DNA of 27,127 nucleotides from Fonticula alba ATCC 38817 (lineage: Eukaryota > Protista > Nucleariida). The stretch lies in NCBI GenBank assembly GCA_000388065.2, contig KB932202.1; one strand, given 5' to 3'. A model generated the notes under the pieces. That model was given only the letters and a program-made list of their open reading frames with translations, did not search any database and was not told where the DNA came from. Shown here piece after piece: positions 25,485 to 27,127 of the stretch; within the stretch, counting starts at the first letter, position 1, and every line of letters begins with the position of its first letter. Made by a program: the position numbers and the translations under genes.

Positions 25485-27075
25485 GATCGGTAACTCCTGC
25501 TGGGAGCTCTACTGCCTGGAGCACGGCATCATGCCCGACGGCACCATGCCCGCCAAGTCTCAGGAGAACAACGATTCCTTCTCCACTTTCTTCAGCGAGG
25601 TGCGCTTGATCTGCATCCCCCGCCCCCCCCCCTCCCCCTCCCACCGCGCCACTGCCTCCCTCCCCTCGCCCAAACTAACACCCGTCCACACCCTCGCGCC
25701 GCCGTCCCCTCCCCTCCCACACAGACCTCGTCCGGCCGCTACGTCCCCCGCGCTGTCTTCGTCGATCTCGAGCCGTCCGTCATCGACCAGACCCGTACCG
25801 GTGCCTACCGCCAGCTCTACCACCCCGAGCAGCTGATCACCGGCAAGGAGGACGCCGCCAACAACTACGCCCGTGGTCACTACACCGCCGGTAAGGAGAT
25901 CCTCGAGAACGTGCGTCCCCCTCTCCTCCTTCCCCCCCTTGTTGCAGCCCGCCACTCCGGCACACGACTGACCCGTTCCCTCCCCTAAACAAACACACGC
26001 ACACGCACACGCGCACACATGCACACGCACACGCACACACACGCACACGCACACACACACGCACACACACACATAGGTCGTCGATCGCATCCGCCGCCTC
26101 GCGGACCACTGCTCCGGCCTGCAGGGCTTCCTCATTTTCCACTCCTTCGGTGGTGGTACCGGCTCCGGCTTCACCTCCCTCCTGCTGGAGCGCCTGTCGG
26201 CCGAGTACAGCAAGAAGTCCAAGCTCGAGTTCGCGGTCTACCCCTCGCCGGCCGTCTCCTCCTCCGTGGTCGAGCCCTACAACTCCATCCTCACCACTCA
26301 CACCTCCATGGAGCACGCCGATGTCACCTTCCTCGTTGACAACGAGGCCATCTACGACCTGTGCCGCCGCAACCTCGACGTCGAGAGCCCCTCCTACGTC
26401 AACCTCAACCGCCTGATCAGCCAGGTGGTCTCCTCCATCACGGCCTCCCTGCGCTTCGATGGCGCCCTCAACGTCGACCTCACCGAGTTCCAGACCAACC
26501 TGGTTCCCTTCCCCCGCATCCACTTCCCCCTGGTCAACTACTCGCCGATCATCTCCCCGCCGAAGGCCATCCACGAGAAGATGTCCGTCGCCGAGATCTC
26601 CTACGCCTGCTTCGAGCCCCACAGCCAGATGGTCAAGTGCGACCCGCGCCGTGGCAAGTACATGGCCTGCTGCATGCTCTACCGCGGTGACGTCGTCCCG
26701 AAGGACGTCAACACCGCCATCGCCAACATCAAGTCCCGCAGCACCGTCCAGTTCGTCGACTGGTCCCCCACCGGCTTCAAGGTCGGCCTCAACTACCAGC
26801 CCCCGACCGTGGTCCCCGGCGGCGACCTGGCCCGCGTCCCGCGCTCCCTGTGCCTGCTGTCCAACACCACCGCCATCGCCGAGGCCTGGCAGCGCCTCAA
26901 CGACAAGTTCGATCTCCTCTACGCCAAGCGCGCCTTCGTCCACTGGTACGTCGGCGAGGGTATGGAGGAGGGCGAGTTCGCCGAGGCCCGCGAGGACCTG
27001 GCCGCTCTCGAGCGCGACTACGAGGAGGTTGCCAACGATTCGGCCTCCACCGGCGACCAGGAGATGGAGTTCTAA
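25485..27075 (+). CDS. TUBA: Alpha-tubulin, divergent isotype (first 14-15 codons missing, probably in gap 25341-25484)
   Basis: Visible exons 25485-25599, 25725-25910 and 26077-27075 (TAA). Motifs: [51 protein letters not shown], catalytic E254 in DLTEFQTNL (alpha-specific), [16 protein letters not shown]. Confidence 0.97.
25991..26073 (+). repeat. CA/CACG-rich compound microsatellite filling the 3' half of the second visible tubulin intron
   Basis: Direct reading; it runs up to ...CACACATAG|GTC. Confidence 0.85.
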
Positions 27076-27127
27076 GGGCGTCGCATGTGCCTATCGTCGT
27101 GCTGGTTGTTGTCGTCACTCCCCTCTC

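Overview
Very GC-rich eukaryotic (protist-like) draft genomic DNA with spliceosomal introns, microsatellites, poly-C/G tracts and 8 N-gaps. No prokaryotic features are present (no operon, CRISPR or IS). The standard genetic code fits: TGA, TAG and TAA are all used as stops. Most long ORFs in the track are GC shadow ORFs or read-throughs of introns. Seven protein genes can be supported by hand-splicing: the 3' end of an unknown K/E/A-rich gene, a JTB-like single-pass membrane protein, SRP54, a Swf1/ZDHHC4-like palmitoyltransferase, a 1245-aa AMPK-related kinase (SIK-like catalytic domain, UBA, MARK-type KA1), RPL39, and a divergent alpha-tubulin. Two long stretches have no recognisable gene (about 13.2-20.0 kb and 21.0-24.8 kb). 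The main signals are: (1) all 18 inferred coding-region intron donors read GTNCGY (+4 C invariant); (2) a roughly 107-nt element upstream of RPL39 has SL-RNA/Sm-snRNA-like architecture, and pyrimidine-tract+AG motifs lie just upstream of several start codons (speculative trans-splicing hypothesis); (3) the alpha-tubulin has a remodelled K40 loop and a Glu-poor tail; (4) a JTB-like gene and a SIK/MARK mosaic kinase occur in an apparently non-animal genome; (5) SRP54 has a fourfold Met-rich tail repeat. All family assignments come from recalled motifs; no searches were run and the organism is not identified.
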